Shown here: positions 28,303-39,800 of the stretch, piece after piece
How the letters are laid out: every line of letters starts with the position of its first letter
Numbering within the stretch: position 1 is the first letter of the stretch
Virus record (IMG/VR): IMGVR_UViG_3300037310_000404
Span: 1-64,000 of that record
Source of the DNA: a virus
Reading direction: 5' to 3' (one strand)
Length of the DNA stretch: 64,000 nt
Made by a program: the position numbers and the translations under genes
The notes under the pieces: generated by a model
Seen by the model: only the letters and a program-made list of their open reading frames with translations
Told to the model about the DNA's origin: nothing
The model's database searches: none

Positions 28303-28758
28303 ATGCCACAAATTAATTTAAATAACATAAAGCTCATTGTCGAAAACTCAATGAGGCAAAACGGATTCGGCGGTGGCGATCTAGAGTCTGGATGGAAGCA
28401 ATCTATCACGGTTAACGGCAATGAATATTCTAATGCCCAAAACCTTCAGAAAACCAGAGATTCAATAGCCCAAGCTATATATGATACATTAACGGCTTTG
28501 ACTGTCACTGGCTCCCTTTCTGCTGGCAATAATACTCCCCAATCACAAATAGTTGCTCAATCCAGCACTGTGAATCTAAACGGTGACAGTTCTTCTCCTG
28601 CGGCAGCAAGAGTTGGGGACGATGTTACAATTAGCGCATTATCGGATCCAGCATTCATTGCGTGGCTGCAGGCTATTGGGGCCTATACATCAATACCTGC
28701 ACCGGCTACCGTGACAGGGAAAATAAGCAGTGGAAGCAACACTGTAAAAATAGGATAA
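28303..28758 (+). CDS. Spike-tip / PAAR-like protein
   Basis: PAARVGD...GKISSGSNTVKIG; directly after the spike gene. Confidence 0.55.
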   Translation: MPQINLNNIKLIVENSMRQNGFGGGDLESGWKQSITVNGNEYSNAQNLQKTRDSIAQAIYDTLTALTVTGSLSAGNNTPQSQIVAQSSTVNLNGDSSSPAAARVGDDVTISALSDPAFIAWLQAIGAYTSIPAPATVTGKISSGSNTVKIG

Positions 28759-28761
28759 GCG

Positions 28762-30792
28762 ATGGCGATCGTAGGACCAAATATTGCTACAAGAAGCGAG
28801 GCGCGTGGAATACTGTATTATGTGTACACGACTGGCGCTATGAATGCCGAAAAGAACGGTCAGGCATTTAATGATATCAATAATGTTGAGCGCAGAAAAG
28901 ACGCTCGCGGAGTTGGTTACAAATATGTAAATTTTGAATTTAATGTCCTTGGAACTATCGCGGATTTTAATATAGAAGCTTATGATAACTTGAGCTCAAC
29001 AGCGACACCAAGCCTGACTACTATTGAGACAAGTGCTAATAACAAAATAATGTTTCCGATGAATTTTGCGGCCAATGTCGGTGCTATTAGTTTTAAAAAC
29101 ACATCAACCTCGACATTGGGTGGAAACGTGAGCGCCAGCATAGATTTTATGAAAGACTCGGATGTCGCCCTGTCTAGCGTTGTGAAAATCGTTAACCTTC
29201 TGGATGTTCAGGATCCGACATCAACAAAATTTAAACAGGTAACTGTTCAAAATAGGGACGAATACATAGAAGAATTTTTTAGCGATCTGAATGAACTGCT
29301 TTCTTCAATGGCACCGGTTGTCCTCGATAGCGCTATAGACGTATATCTAGCCCCGTCTAGTAAAGCTAATCCACGGGTGAGTACTATCGATGGTATGGAT
29401 ATTGATAGGCCAGATGCCAACCTTAGCGATGATCTTGCCACTGTTGATCTTGTGCTAAAAACAAAACCTAGCACTGCCAGCGATTATAAGGATTGGACTG
29501 TATTAAAGTCGGCTTTATTAGAGAGAAAGGATATCCTTGAATCATTGTCAAGAAATCTAAAAAAGGATATATCTAAGGTATGGGTTACTGGCGGCGTGGA
29601 CGCTAATGTTTCTGCCGGTACCAACTTTGGAATCTTCGTCCAAAATTGGAGATCTATATTCGATGCCCTGGCGGAGCACTGGGTTCTTGATGCCGTTAAG
29701 AAGAAACAAGATGACAAGATAAAAAAGTCATCTACTGCAGATAAAAATAAAGGAAAAGCATCTAGCACCGTTGTTAATGCCGATTCTGCACAATTACAAG
29801 CAGAGTCTGATGCCATTGTGGCTGGAAACCAGATAATTAGGGTTCCGTTCAAGAATACAAATACGTTTCCGGGGGAAAATAAAGACTACGACAAAGCCCT
29901 ATCTATGCTGGACATCCTTAGGGATGAGCTTGTTCAGATAAAGGTAGATGAAAAAATCAATGTCAGAGAGTCAGATAAATCTGGCGAGTTCACGGCACTA
30001 TCCTGCGAAGAGGCTCTAAAAAAGCTTGATCCCAGACAGCTCAAAGAATTAGCTAATAATTTAAAGAATCGCGCAGTAGAGGCCAAAAATAAGCTTGTAA
30101 AACTTTATCAACAACTTAAAAAAGTCGAATCATCAAAAAATTTCAAACTCTCCGCAGATTTGACTGGGCTCAAAAAATTATGGCCCCCAAATTTTGATGG
30201 TATTGATTTGCCAATTATAGATGTTGCCGAACAGCTTAAAAACTCCGCAGCCGGAATAGCCGCAGCCGCCAAGTTTACCGGCAAGCAAGTAGCAAACGGC
30301 TTTAAGAATCTTAGGGCATTTGTGAAGAAACCAAGTATTGGTGATATTACTATTCCAACTTCGAACATGAAATTTGGCGATATATTCAAAAATGTTTATG
30401 GTGATTCTAATATGGGGTCAAACAGGACATTTTGTCAATCATTGAATGACATGAAGAAGGTCATAGACAGGGCGAACGAAGTAAAGGAGTCCGTAGAGAA
30501 GGTGAAAGCATCTGTTACTTCGACGTTAAACCAGTATCAAGATAAGCTAGAAGAGATAAAAACCCAAATAGATGAATTAAAGAATATAGAGAGGCTGAGC
30601 AGCCAGGTCACTACAGCCTTAGCCGCAAGCGCTTCTAACATCGCGGCAAAAGCCCAGAGCGCAACGACGGCCCAGGTTCAAGCTGTTGTAGATACAGCAA
30701 AGCAAAAAGTTAATGGCGTAGTTAAAACCAGCTCAGATGCGCAAAGGGTTATAGATGCATCATCAAATTCAGTGGGAAAGGTTACGGTTTAA
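28762..30792 (+). CDS. Hypothetical baseplate-region protein with coiled-coil C-terminus
   Basis: 676-aa ORF; heptad-like K/E/Q/A-rich C-terminal third. Confidence 0.7.
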   Translation: MAIVGPNIATRSEARGILYYVYTTGAMNAEKNGQAFNDINNVERRKDARGVGYKYVNFEFNVLGTIADFNIEAYDNLSSTATPSLTTIETSANNKIMFPMNFAANVGAISFKNTSTSTLGGNVSASIDFMKDSDVALSSVVKIVNLLDVQDPTSTKFKQVTVQNRDEYIEEFFSDLNELLSSMAPVVLDSAIDVYLAPSSKANPRVSTIDGMDIDRPDANLSDDLATVDLVLKTKPSTASDYKDWTVLKSALLERKDILESLSRNLKKDISKVWVTGGVDANVSAGTNFGIFVQNWRSIFDALAEHWVLDAVKKKQDDKIKKSSTADKNKGKASSTVVNADSAQLQAESDAIVAGNQIIRVPFKNTNTFPGENKDYDKALSMLDILRDELVQIKVDEKINVRESDKSGEFTALSCEEALKKLDPRQLKELANNLKNRAVEAKNKLVKLYQQLKKVESSKNFKLSADLTGLKKLWPPNFDGIDLPIIDVAEQLKNSAAGIAAAAKFTGKQVANGFKNLRAFVKKPSIGDITIPTSNMKFGDIFKNVYGDSNMGSNRTFCQSLNDMKKVIDRANEVKESVEKVKASVTSTLNQYQDKLEEIKTQIDELKNIERLSSQVTTALAASASNIAAKAQSATTAQVQAVVDTAKQKVNGVVKTSSDAQRVIDASSNSVGKVTV

Positions 30793-30796
30793 TTAA

Positions 30797-31903
30797 ATGG
30801 GAGTTCTAGATAAGATCAATTTCAAGGCAGCAAAAACTCCGCCTTCTAGTTTTGATTTTAGATTATTAGATACGCCATGCGACCATCTCGTAAGAAACGA
30901 GCAGGTTAAAGATTTTTCAATGGATGATTTAATAGACCATAATCAATATAGTGGAACATCTACTATATATAATAATTTCCCATTTAATAACTTCATTAAT
31001 CCAGATGCTTCAACTTTGATAAAAACTGCATTGCCGATGGTTAACGACGGTGGTTTGGTTGTTTTTCAATATGTCGATACCGACGTTGATAACCAAATAA
31101 TAGAAACAACGACAGTACCTACGGACATCACGCAGCCGTTTAATTTGATCTATCCTCCAAAAACAAATTCAGTAACCGCCAAGCAAAAGATTTATGTGAA
31201 TTCGACAGATTATCGATTAATTAATTTTGATCGGTATAATTTGTCTCAATTGTTTGGAAAAATAACGTTCACGGACGAAGACGATATTGGAGAAGAAATA
31301 GTATTTACCTATCTATCGGATAAAAAGCAGATATTACAAAAGAATAAAGATAGCTCGAAGAATTATGAGATAGTCGGCCTTGATCAAAGCGGAAAAGGAA
31401 TAATAAAAATCTATGGAAGAGCCATTTTAAGCACCAATACCAAGCTTATTTTAAAATATCACACGCCCCAGCAATATTGCCAGAAATGTTCTGGAAAAGG
31501 CGAGCTAAATGATATCTTTTTTGATGAAAACGGTAAGATACAACAAGTATACGATTTTTCAAAATTAATCCAGGATTTCTTCAAACGCCTCCTTACGGTA
31601 AAGGGCAGCAGCGTTTTCGATATTGATGAAGGAACTTCTTTACCTACTTTAATTGGAATAGCCAAGGCAGACGGTCTTGTGCTAGACAATTTAGTAAAAG
31701 CTGAAATTGTAAATCTTTTATATACTATAAGAAATAAACAGAGCTTGCAACAAGACATGCAGGGTGTCGGTTCTGCGGAACAAATCGGTCAAATTAATAG
31801 CATAGACGTAAGAGCTACCGGGCCAACTGAAATCTCTATAGCAATAGAGGTTATGTCTAAATCCGGAATCATACAGCAGATAAGCTCTACGGTCAGGAGA
31901 TAA
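30797..31903 (+). CDS. Baseplate wedge subunit with C-terminal gp25/gpW-like domain
   Basis: KLIQDFFKRLLTVKGS...EGTSL...QINSIDVR..GPTEISIAIEV; PCDH and CQKC motifs flank an inserted domain. Confidence 0.7.
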   Translation: MGVLDKINFKAAKTPPSSFDFRLLDTPCDHLVRNEQVKDFSMDDLIDHNQYSGTSTIYNNFPFNNFINPDASTLIKTALPMVNDGGLVVFQYVDTDVDNQIIETTTVPTDITQPFNLIYPPKTNSVTAKQKIYVNSTDYRLINFDRYNLSQLFGKITFTDEDDIGEEIVFTYLSDKKQILQKNKDSSKNYEIVGLDQSGKGIIKIYGRAILSTNTKLILKYHTPQQYCQKCSGKGELNDIFFDENGKIQQVYDFSKLIQDFFKRLLTVKGSSVFDIDEGTSLPTLIGIAKADGLVLDNLVKAEIVNLLYTIRNKQSLQQDMQGVGSAEQIGQINSIDVRATGPTEISIAIEVMSKSGIIQQISSTVRR

Positions 31904-31906
31904 AAA

Positions 31907-33511
31907 ATGGCAATCAGAACAAGAGATGAAGTTATCGTAGATTTGATAACTAATATATTAAGGGAAGAGGGCAAGGCTGATGTTATGCCGGGCCAGGTTC
32001 TGCGCGATATTTCGGTTAACTCACCAGCCCTCGAAATCGAGAATCTTTATAATCAAATAGAGAGGGTAGCTGTAGCCCAATCTGTTTCTAATGCTAATTT
32101 CATGACCGAACAGGAACTAAATAATTTGATGTCAAACTTTGGCATTAAGAGGCGCGGCGCTACAAAAGCTATTGGAAAAGTAACCTTCTATACTCCGACT
32201 CAGCCGACACAAACAGTAACGATACCAAAAGATACGAGTCTTGGAACCAATCTGGGTAGCGCCGGTAAAGAGGTGGTATTTTTAACCAGGTATGACGTTG
32301 TATTTAATACTGATGTTGAGGCCTCGTATTACAATAGCGACACTGGTAATTGGGAAATAACTGTTGATGTAACCGCGCAAGACGGCGGAACCGATAGCAA
32401 TGTTGGGGCGTATACCATTACCAAGGTGAGAAATGTAAATATACCATTTCAAGTAACGAATTATAATCCGACTTCTGGCGGTGTTGACCAGGAAAGCAAT
32501 CAGGATTTTGCCATACGAGCATTGAATATTATTTTGGGAAGCAATGCTGGAACAGAAAATGGCTATCGCGGCATGGCTCTTACTCAAGATAATGTTCTGG
32601 ATACTTTAGTTGTTGGTCCCGGAGAAGCTTTAATGACCAGAGATGGCGGCTATGGCGGCAAGGTAGATGTCTGGATTGTTCCGGCTGAATCTGGATTTAC
32701 AGAAATAGGCCCCGAGTCAAATCCTGAGCTTTCTTTCTTGTGGGATAATGGACAGCAATTTAACGAAGGATATCGTTTTGATTTCCCCATCAAGCCATTA
32801 GATGCAAATTCTCCAGTTCAAATATTTGGAACCACGGCACCGTCCGGAAACATTAATAATGTTATTCTTTATGAGTCAAGAAATCCGGCTCCATCAACCG
32901 TGGCATATGTTGACCCAAGCGGATCGAGATACCACTATACAATTTTTAAAGCTGATGACCTTGATACGGGACATTCTATCTATGCAAACGACTATATTCT
33001 TTGGAACGCAAATGAAATGGAATATTTAAGAACTTTTAATCCATCAGGATCTCCGTTCACCGGCAATAGTCTACAAGTTGATATCAACTACTCATATGAT
33101 AAAGCAGTAAACGATCTCCAGACCGTCATAGATTCGCCTGATAACAAGATCTTAACGGCTGACGTTTTAGCTAAAGAAGCTCAGCAGATACTTATTGATT
33201 GCTCGATGAGCGTTCAGCTACTTCCTCCATTCAAAATTACTTCGGCTACCGAAAACAATACTCTGGCCAATGTGAGAAATGCCATCGCAACGACTATTAA
33301 TAACATATCACTTGGCAACACGATTCAGGAATCTGATCTGGTGCAGGCGGCTCATAATGTTGAGGGAGTTGACAATATTATCCTAAACTCCGTAACTCTT
33401 ACCAAGAAGAGACCGATCTATTTTGACACTTCCACAGAAGCCATCGTAGATGATCAGGCGCTTGATAACCAATACTTTATATCTGATAACATCGTGGCGA
33501 GGTCTGTTTAA
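31907..33511 (+). CDS. Baseplate J-like wedge protein
   Basis: RRGATKAIGKVTF, VTAQDGG...NVGAYTIT, PTSGGVDQESNQDF and GGKVDVWI motifs. Confidence 0.88.
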   Translation: MAIRTRDEVIVDLITNILREEGKADVMPGQVLRDISVNSPALEIENLYNQIERVAVAQSVSNANFMTEQELNNLMSNFGIKRRGATKAIGKVTFYTPTQPTQTVTIPKDTSLGTNLGSAGKEVVFLTRYDVVFNTDVEASYYNSDTGNWEITVDVTAQDGGTDSNVGAYTITKVRNVNIPFQVTNYNPTSGGVDQESNQDFAIRALNIILGSNAGTENGYRGMALTQDNVLDTLVVGPGEALMTRDGGYGGKVDVWIVPAESGFTEIGPESNPELSFLWDNGQQFNEGYRFDFPIKPLDANSPVQIFGTTAPSGNINNVILYESRNPAPSTVAYVDPSGSRYHYTIFKADDLDTGHSIYANDYILWNANEMEYLRTFNPSGSPFTGNSLQVDINYSYDKAVNDLQTVIDSPDNKILTADVLAKEAQQILIDCSMSVQLLPPFKITSATENNTLANVRNAIATTINNISLGNTIQESDLVQAAHNVEGVDNIILNSVTLTKKRPIYFDTSTEAIVDDQALDNQYFISDNIVARSV

Positions 33512-36500
33512 TGGAAACAAGTAGGCAGAAATTAAATAATCTATTTAATAATCTGAGCTCAATTTACAGTAAAGATAATGGAATGCTCAATTCCAATCTT
33601 TACGTGCTATTCAATGCCTACGCCGAAGTATTTCAGGATGTTCAAAGAAATATAAATCAAACCCAGAATAATACGTACATTTTCAGTGCAGACTCTGACG
33701 CTCTTGAGGATAATTTTGGTTCACTAATAAATTTTCCAAAACCCCCAAGGCTTAACACTGTCGATAACGGCGATAATATCTATCGATTCATTCTTGGAAC
33801 CCTGTACCAATACTTCCTAAGCGGGGCCACAGTCGCTACGATGGAAGCATCTTTGAACGAGGTTCTATCGCTCCTCACAATCGATCCTTCTACCCAGGGA
33901 TGCAGCAGCGTCGTAAATTATTCATATCTACCATTTGATGCTACGTCGGTTCAGGTTACGTGGCCCGCTGTTCAGTGTGTCAGCGGAGTGACGGCTGGCA
34001 TAGCCGGTGCTGGTGATATATTAATTGATCCATCCGATCTAATAGTGACATCTTATGACGATTCCACCAGAACTGTGTCCTTCACCGGTACAGTAAACAC
34101 GGGGACCAGATACCAATTTATCTATAACAGGGACAATACAAACTACATAGATACCAACTGGATGAACTTAACAAATCGAACGGTGCAGAATGTCTCTCCA
34201 ATGAATCTTTCGAGCGGTCTCGTTAATACCTACAATAATCCAGAATTCAGCTATTGGTGGAATAATTATAACGCAGATGGAGAGGGCGTAGTCGTTAATG
34301 AATTTGAAATCGACGAAAGCGATTCTTCCCTAGTCTGGAGACTGCCCCAGCGAACTGTGAGGTTTTTAAATCCGTACACTAATACATTTACATTAAAGAG
34401 TTATGATTTCTATAACTTGACCGGGACATCGTATGTCTTGCAGGGACCGATAACACCCACGAACCCGGATACGCCATTTAGTGATTTACCAATAAACTAT
34501 CAGGATGAGGTTTCTGGCAAGTATCAAAATTATTTCATCCGATACAATCAGAATAATCCTGGCCCCGCTCCGGTCAACACTCAATTCTCCGGGGTTTTCC
34601 CGAAATATACGAAAAAGTTTGGATCCATAGAATTTCCTTCAGACGATTTCGGTCCATTGGACTTTTTTGAAAAGAATGCCAACTTTGATCAAAACGACCT
34701 TTTTGGTAGTGGAACAAAACACGCATGGACTAATGTAACTAATAATAATGGAAAATACATTATAGACAATTCAAGCTTTGTGCAAAGGGATTTCAGTCTC
34801 CATCAAAACATCTTAACCTCTGAAAATTTTGAAAGCAACTCGCTAAGCAAGCTAACAAGTAATTTTTCTGAAGGCACAAGGATAACGGAGTCTCCGGGAA
34901 ATCAAAAAGGTGGCAAGCAGAATTGTCTCATGTTGATATCGTCTGGAACAGGATCAACCACATCTGTTTCTCCAGTTATTCCAAATGCCGATCTTCTATA
35001 TGCACCTTCTGGGATAAACCATATTAATGTCGACTTCTATGACGCCAACTATACTGGTACATCGACGTATATAGATATAATCCGTACTGGCACATCAAAC
35101 TCTTTCCATCAATTTAGATTTGGTATAGACAAAAATCTGTTTACATATCTATATCCAACCGGACTAGCTATAAACGTCAGCGGAGTAGAAGCTATATCTT
35201 CCGGGACTGGATTTACGCTGGCATCGGGAAGCGATATATTTAATAACTCAAAACCATACGGTTTTGTCGAAACATACTTCTCGTCAAGCGGATCCACCAA
35301 TTATGCCACGAATCAGGTTGGTCCATACGTCCTATCTTCCGGCAATCCGTATTCAAATTATTCTGATATGGCCATGGTTCCGTCTGGCTCATCAACCATC
35401 TTGGTGCCGAATATTGACAACGCTTCAATCCAAGATATGGATAGCTTTACGGCCGCGTTCGATTTCAATCCAACCGGAAACTATGTAAAATTTGGATTTA
35501 GCTTCTATCACAGCATAGGTGATGTTAATGTAACAAATTCAGCTCCATATCTTACATACATTCCTACTCCGTTCATGCCGGATTCCGCGTCCACAAAAAT
35601 CGGCGGCCCAGTCACGTACTTCAATAGCACTTTGCCGCTCCCGCATACCGGCAATATCGTCCAGGTTCCGTTCTTTGCACAGAGAGACTTTTCTTTCTTC
35701 ACCAACCCTGGAAATAATAGGTTGTATTTGCAGTTTACTGATCACGAAGTCATTTCTGGCTCTCTTGCCCCGATTTCGGCTACATATGATACTGGTGTGG
35801 ATTTGGCTGGTGGCCTCAACACATTTGAAATAGTTAAAAACCAGTATTTAAAGATCAATGGGGTTACTTACGTATTTGCTAAAAATATAGTCTCGCTATG
35901 GGAAACGCCTGGCAACTACCAATCGTACTTCAATAACGTTGATATTGGGTCCGATAGATCATTCAGTATCGAATTCAGCAGCGGTATATCTATTTATCAT
36001 GCCTACTTTGGTAATCAGTCAAAAAAGAATTCGTATTTAAACGAACTATCCAATGCATTTACTAACACTCTAAATAACACAGAGGCAAATCTAGTACCGG
36101 TGCCAATTCCATACTTTTATCAAATCAGCACAGTTCCTGGGACAATTGATTCTCAGCCAAAGACATATCTCGATGATTTGGGTAGACAAAAGAAGTGGCA
36201 TCGTCTTACGGTCGATTTTGGAACCGACTTCTCCGGCTTGGCTGCCTTGGTAGATGAGACTACCTTCTATAGTGGATCAATAGGCTTTGCTGGTTATTTA
36301 AATAATCCGTCAGGCATAATCTTATCTTCGACTTCACAAAATCCGGCATCTGAATTTGGATTCTTTGACAATATAGAAATGTCATATTTCGATTATTCAA
36401 TGACATTAGAAAAGTATCAGATACAGTTACAGTCAGACACATGGGAAGGCTCAATGCTGGAACAATCGTCTATTGTCGACAATAAATTCTTTAAGCTCGA

Positions 36501-36792
36501 ACCGGTGGCTAACTTCCAATTTTTGGTTACGATAAAAGGATTGGATGAGAACTATATCTATATCGTTAACGATATCATCCAAAGAGTAAAACCAGCCTAT
36601 GCTTTGGCTATTCCAGTTTATTTGTTGGAGCAGAGTCTTGATACTACTTCCCAGGTTCCTGAGGCTGATGATGACTCCACGAACTGGGAAACTGGAAATA
36701 TCGATAATAACATCATAATATTGCCGGGAAGTACATCTGGAACCTCCGCTGATTTACCTGGATTCATAGGTATTTCCGGAATGAGCGTTTAA
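33511..36792 (+). CDS. Baseplate gpI-like wedge protein with very large inserted beta-rich region
   Basis: N-terminal ADSDALEDNFG...YRFIL...GAT and C-terminal IIQRVKPAY; follows the J-like gene. Confidence 0.65.
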   Translation: METSRQKLNNLFNNLSSIYSKDNGMLNSNLYVLFNAYAEVFQDVQRNINQTQNNTYIFSADSDALEDNFGSLINFPKPPRLNTVDNGDNIYRFILGTLYQYFLSGATVATMEASLNEVLSLLTIDPSTQGCSSVVNYSYLPFDATSVQVTWPAVQCVSGVTAGIAGAGDILIDPSDLIVTSYDDSTRTVSFTGTVNTGTRYQFIYNRDNTNYIDTNWMNLTNRTVQNVSPMNLSSGLVNTYNNPEFSYWWNNYNADGEGVVVNEFEIDESDSSLVWRLPQRTVRFLNPYTNTFTLKSYDFYNLTGTSYVLQGPITPTNPDTPFSDLPINYQDEVSGKYQNYFIRYNQNNPGPAPVNTQFSGVFPKYTKKFGSIEFPSDDFGPLDFFEKNANFDQNDLFGSGTKHAWTNVTNNNGKYIIDNSSFVQRDFSLHQNILTSENFESNSLSKLTSNFSEGTRITESPGNQKGGKQNCLMLISSGTGSTTSVSPVIPNADLLYAPSGINHINVDFYDANYTGTSTYIDIIRTGTSNSFHQFRFGIDKNLFTYLYPTGLAINVSGVEAISSGTGFTLASGSDIFNNSKPYGFVETYFSSSGSTNYATNQVGPYVLSSGNPYSNYSDMAMVPSGSSTILVPNIDNASIQDMDSFTAAFDFNPTGNYVKFGFSFYHSIGDVNVTNSAPYLTYIPTPFMPDSASTKIGGPVTYFNSTLPLPHTGNIVQVPFFAQRDFSFFTNPGNNRLYLQFTDHEVISGSLAPISATYDTGVDLAGGLNTFEIVKNQYLKINGVTYVFAKNIVSLWETPGNYQSYFNNVDIGSDRSFSIEFSSGISIYHAYFGNQSKKNSYLNELSNAFTNTLNNTEANLVPVPIPYFYQISTVPGTIDSQPKTYLDDLGRQKKWHRLTVDFGTDFSGLAALVDETTFYSGSIGFAGYLNNPSGIILSSTSQNPASEFGFFDNIEMSYFDYSMTLEKYQIQLQSDTWEGSMLEQSSIVDNKFFKLEPVANFQFLVTIKGLDENYIYIVNDIIQRVKPAYALAIPVYLLEQSLDTTSQVPEADDDSTNWETGNIDNNIIILPGSTSGTSADLPGFIGISGMSV

Positions 36793-36819
36793 CGCCGTAA
36801 ATAATTAATTAATCCACAA

Positions 36820-36832
36820 TTTTTATAAAAAA
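36820..36832. promoter_or_regulatory. Palindromic TTTTTATAAAAA motif after a TAATTAATTAA tract
   Basis: Intergenic, upstream of the fibre operon. Confidence 0.55.
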
Positions 36833-36869
36833 TTATTAAAGATAGATAGGACAAATAAAGGAGCATTAA

Positions 36870-39800
36870 ATGTCTTCAGGAGCACAACCAGCTGTATTTC
36901 TATTCCCCACCGGAGTTGATAATTATTCAATTAAGGTGGACCGTGGCACTGTTATTTCCGGAGATGGTCCATTTACCGTTCCGGCCATACCGGCATATGA
37001 ATTTTATTTGTCCTATGTTCCTCAGTCGGGAACCGTATCTCTTGCCGGTTATACTGAAGTAACCGGAACCCCTGGAACCAACCAATACCAAGTAACTTAT
37101 AGCGGAACAAACGCTGGCCTGATGACGTTCAATGGAATTAATGCTGGCGATGGGCCACTATATGTATCCTACACGGCATTCGGGGATATCGCCCGCGCCT
37201 TTTATTTCAACGATCTACAGCAATCAGTCGAGACTATTGAAAATTACATCAATAGCGGCCTAGGCCTAGAAAACTATCTTCCGACTAGTGGTGGAACGGT
37301 CTCGGGAACGATAACGCTAAACGGCGCATCTATTGTTCCTAGCGTTGCAAGCGGAAACGACATAGGCACTGCAGCATTTCCTTTTGATGAAATGCATGCT
37401 TCTCAAATGTTTGCCAATTCGTTTACTGATGAATCATCAAATGGTATAACTATTGATGTATCTGGCAACACTTCTCTTACAACTACTGGCTCAATAAGTA
37501 CAAGTTCGTCTTCTATTACCGGAACTACGTCATCCAGCATTCATCTTGAAAGTTCAGCAAGCAATATAAGTCTTAAAGCATTGACCGGACAGATTGAGCT
37601 TATTACCCCAACGACAACTTCCTATGGCGATATGGTTCCAGCCTCTAGCGGAACTAATGATCTCGGCTCGGTTTCTCTGCCGTGGGGAACGATTTATGCC
37701 GATAACATAGTTGCTCCGTTGTTCCAGAGCGGAGTTGTTCAATCAAGTGGCGGGAGCATGACTGGCGATTTAAATATCATTCCGCCAGCAAAGATACGCA
37801 CTGACCTAATTCAAAACTATAGCTCCACCATAACTATTCAATCAACTGGTGCTGGCATAGTATTGCAATCGGATAGCGACACCAACATTAACAGCAATTC
37901 CAACGTTAATATAACTCCCGGAGTCGGTCAGATAGTTACCATTTCTGCTGGACTAACCGTATCTGATGCTGTAATCGCTCCGAATACTGATATTATTCCT
38001 TTCAACTCCGGAACGAATGACTTGGGGTCGGCTTCAAATCCATTTGATTATGTCTATGCTAATAATTACATAGGTCTAAGCCTTTCTGGTAATTTTGTTG
38101 CAAAATCAGGCGACTCTATGTATGGCGATCTTGTTATGGGAGATCCGCTTTCAACGGGAACTCAGCCATCGATTCATGCGGAGAACATTCAGTCATTAAA
38201 CAATGATTTGAATATCAATGTTGGCGAGTTGGCGGTTACGGCTACTAATAACGTCCATTTTGATCTTGGTCCATCCGGTAACCAGATTCTTGAGCTCGGA
38301 TTATTCCAAATATATTTTAGCACCGATATCATACCGACCACAGACAGTCTGTATGACATTGGCAGTCCGTCACTCTATGTTAACAACCTTTATGCTAGAA
38401 ATATACATGCTTCTGGCATAACCGGAACCACGATAGACGGTGCAACCCTTGGAGATGTAACTATAACCGGAAATATCACTATGAATTCCGGCTCATCGAT
38501 ACTTGCCGCAAACTCTGGAACAGTCAACATCGGAAGCAGCGGATCTCCATTTGGAACTCTCTATGTCGACAACATTGTTACCATTGGTTCTACTGGCGCT
38601 TTCCTAAGCAAGTTCGGCGATACGATCCAGGGGAACTTGTTGACTAACGGATCTGGTGTTAATGACATCGGATCTGCCTCTGTTCCATTCAATGCCATCT
38701 ATGCCGACAACATCATATCGTCTGGACTTGATGATATGTATGTTAATGTGACTGGCGACTCAATGTCTGGTCCATTGACTCTATCAGAGGTATTGTCAAC
38801 CGGAAACTTAACTATATCCGGGGCTTCCAATGTCAATATTTATGCAAATCAAATAGCAGAAACAGCGGAACAGGTAAATATCAGCGCGACGGTGGGGCCT
38901 GTCATTCTTGATGGAAACACAGAAATTCAACTCCTATCGAATAGCATTGCTCAACAGGCAATCACTCAGAGCGGCACTGAGTTCTTTAACGATTTATTCC
39001 CAAATGCCAGCGGAACGTATGATATAGGAACTCCATCGTTACCATTTAGAGCCATTTACGCGGATTTCTTAGTCCCAACAAGCATTTCCGGAACAGGCAA
39101 CTTTGTTCTAAAGGCCGGAGATAGCATGATTGGCGCTCTGACTATGCAGAGTGGGGCAAATATTTACACAGCAGTCTCCGGAGTCAACGACATAGGCTCT
39201 GCTTCTACTCCATGGAATGCTGTTTATGCTAATAACTTTTATCTGAGCGGATCGCCATTCGGTACTGGATTTGTTCATACCTCCGGCGATACAATGACCG
39301 GCGATTTATGGATGAACGGTGCCAATATCACTGCCGGATCTACTCCGTTTACCATATTCGGTTCTGGAGATGTAAACCTCAATGCTCTTACCGGATTAAG
39401 TATAAATGCATTTCTTGGTGATTTGGATATTATATCGCCAAATGGCATAGCAACATTCTATGGATCTCAGACCATTCTTGGCGGCGGCGGTGGTTCCACA
39501 AACATAATTGGTGGCGCTAGTGGCGTTTGGATTTCTGGTCAAAGCGGTCCTGTCAATTTATATTCTAGTAATGCAAGTGGAATAAGCCTGACATCACTTG
39601 GCGCGTTCTTAATTGATACTTCTGCCACAACACAGAATCCAACCCTAATAATGTCATCATCTCCAAGTACTTACTTTGACATTATTGGGCGTATAAGATT
39701 GAGCGGAAACGCCATACCGGCTGTCTCTGGATCGTATTTGCTTGGAACGGCAGCTGCGCCATTTAGCGGAGCATATGTTGAAAATATAAATGGCCGCGAA

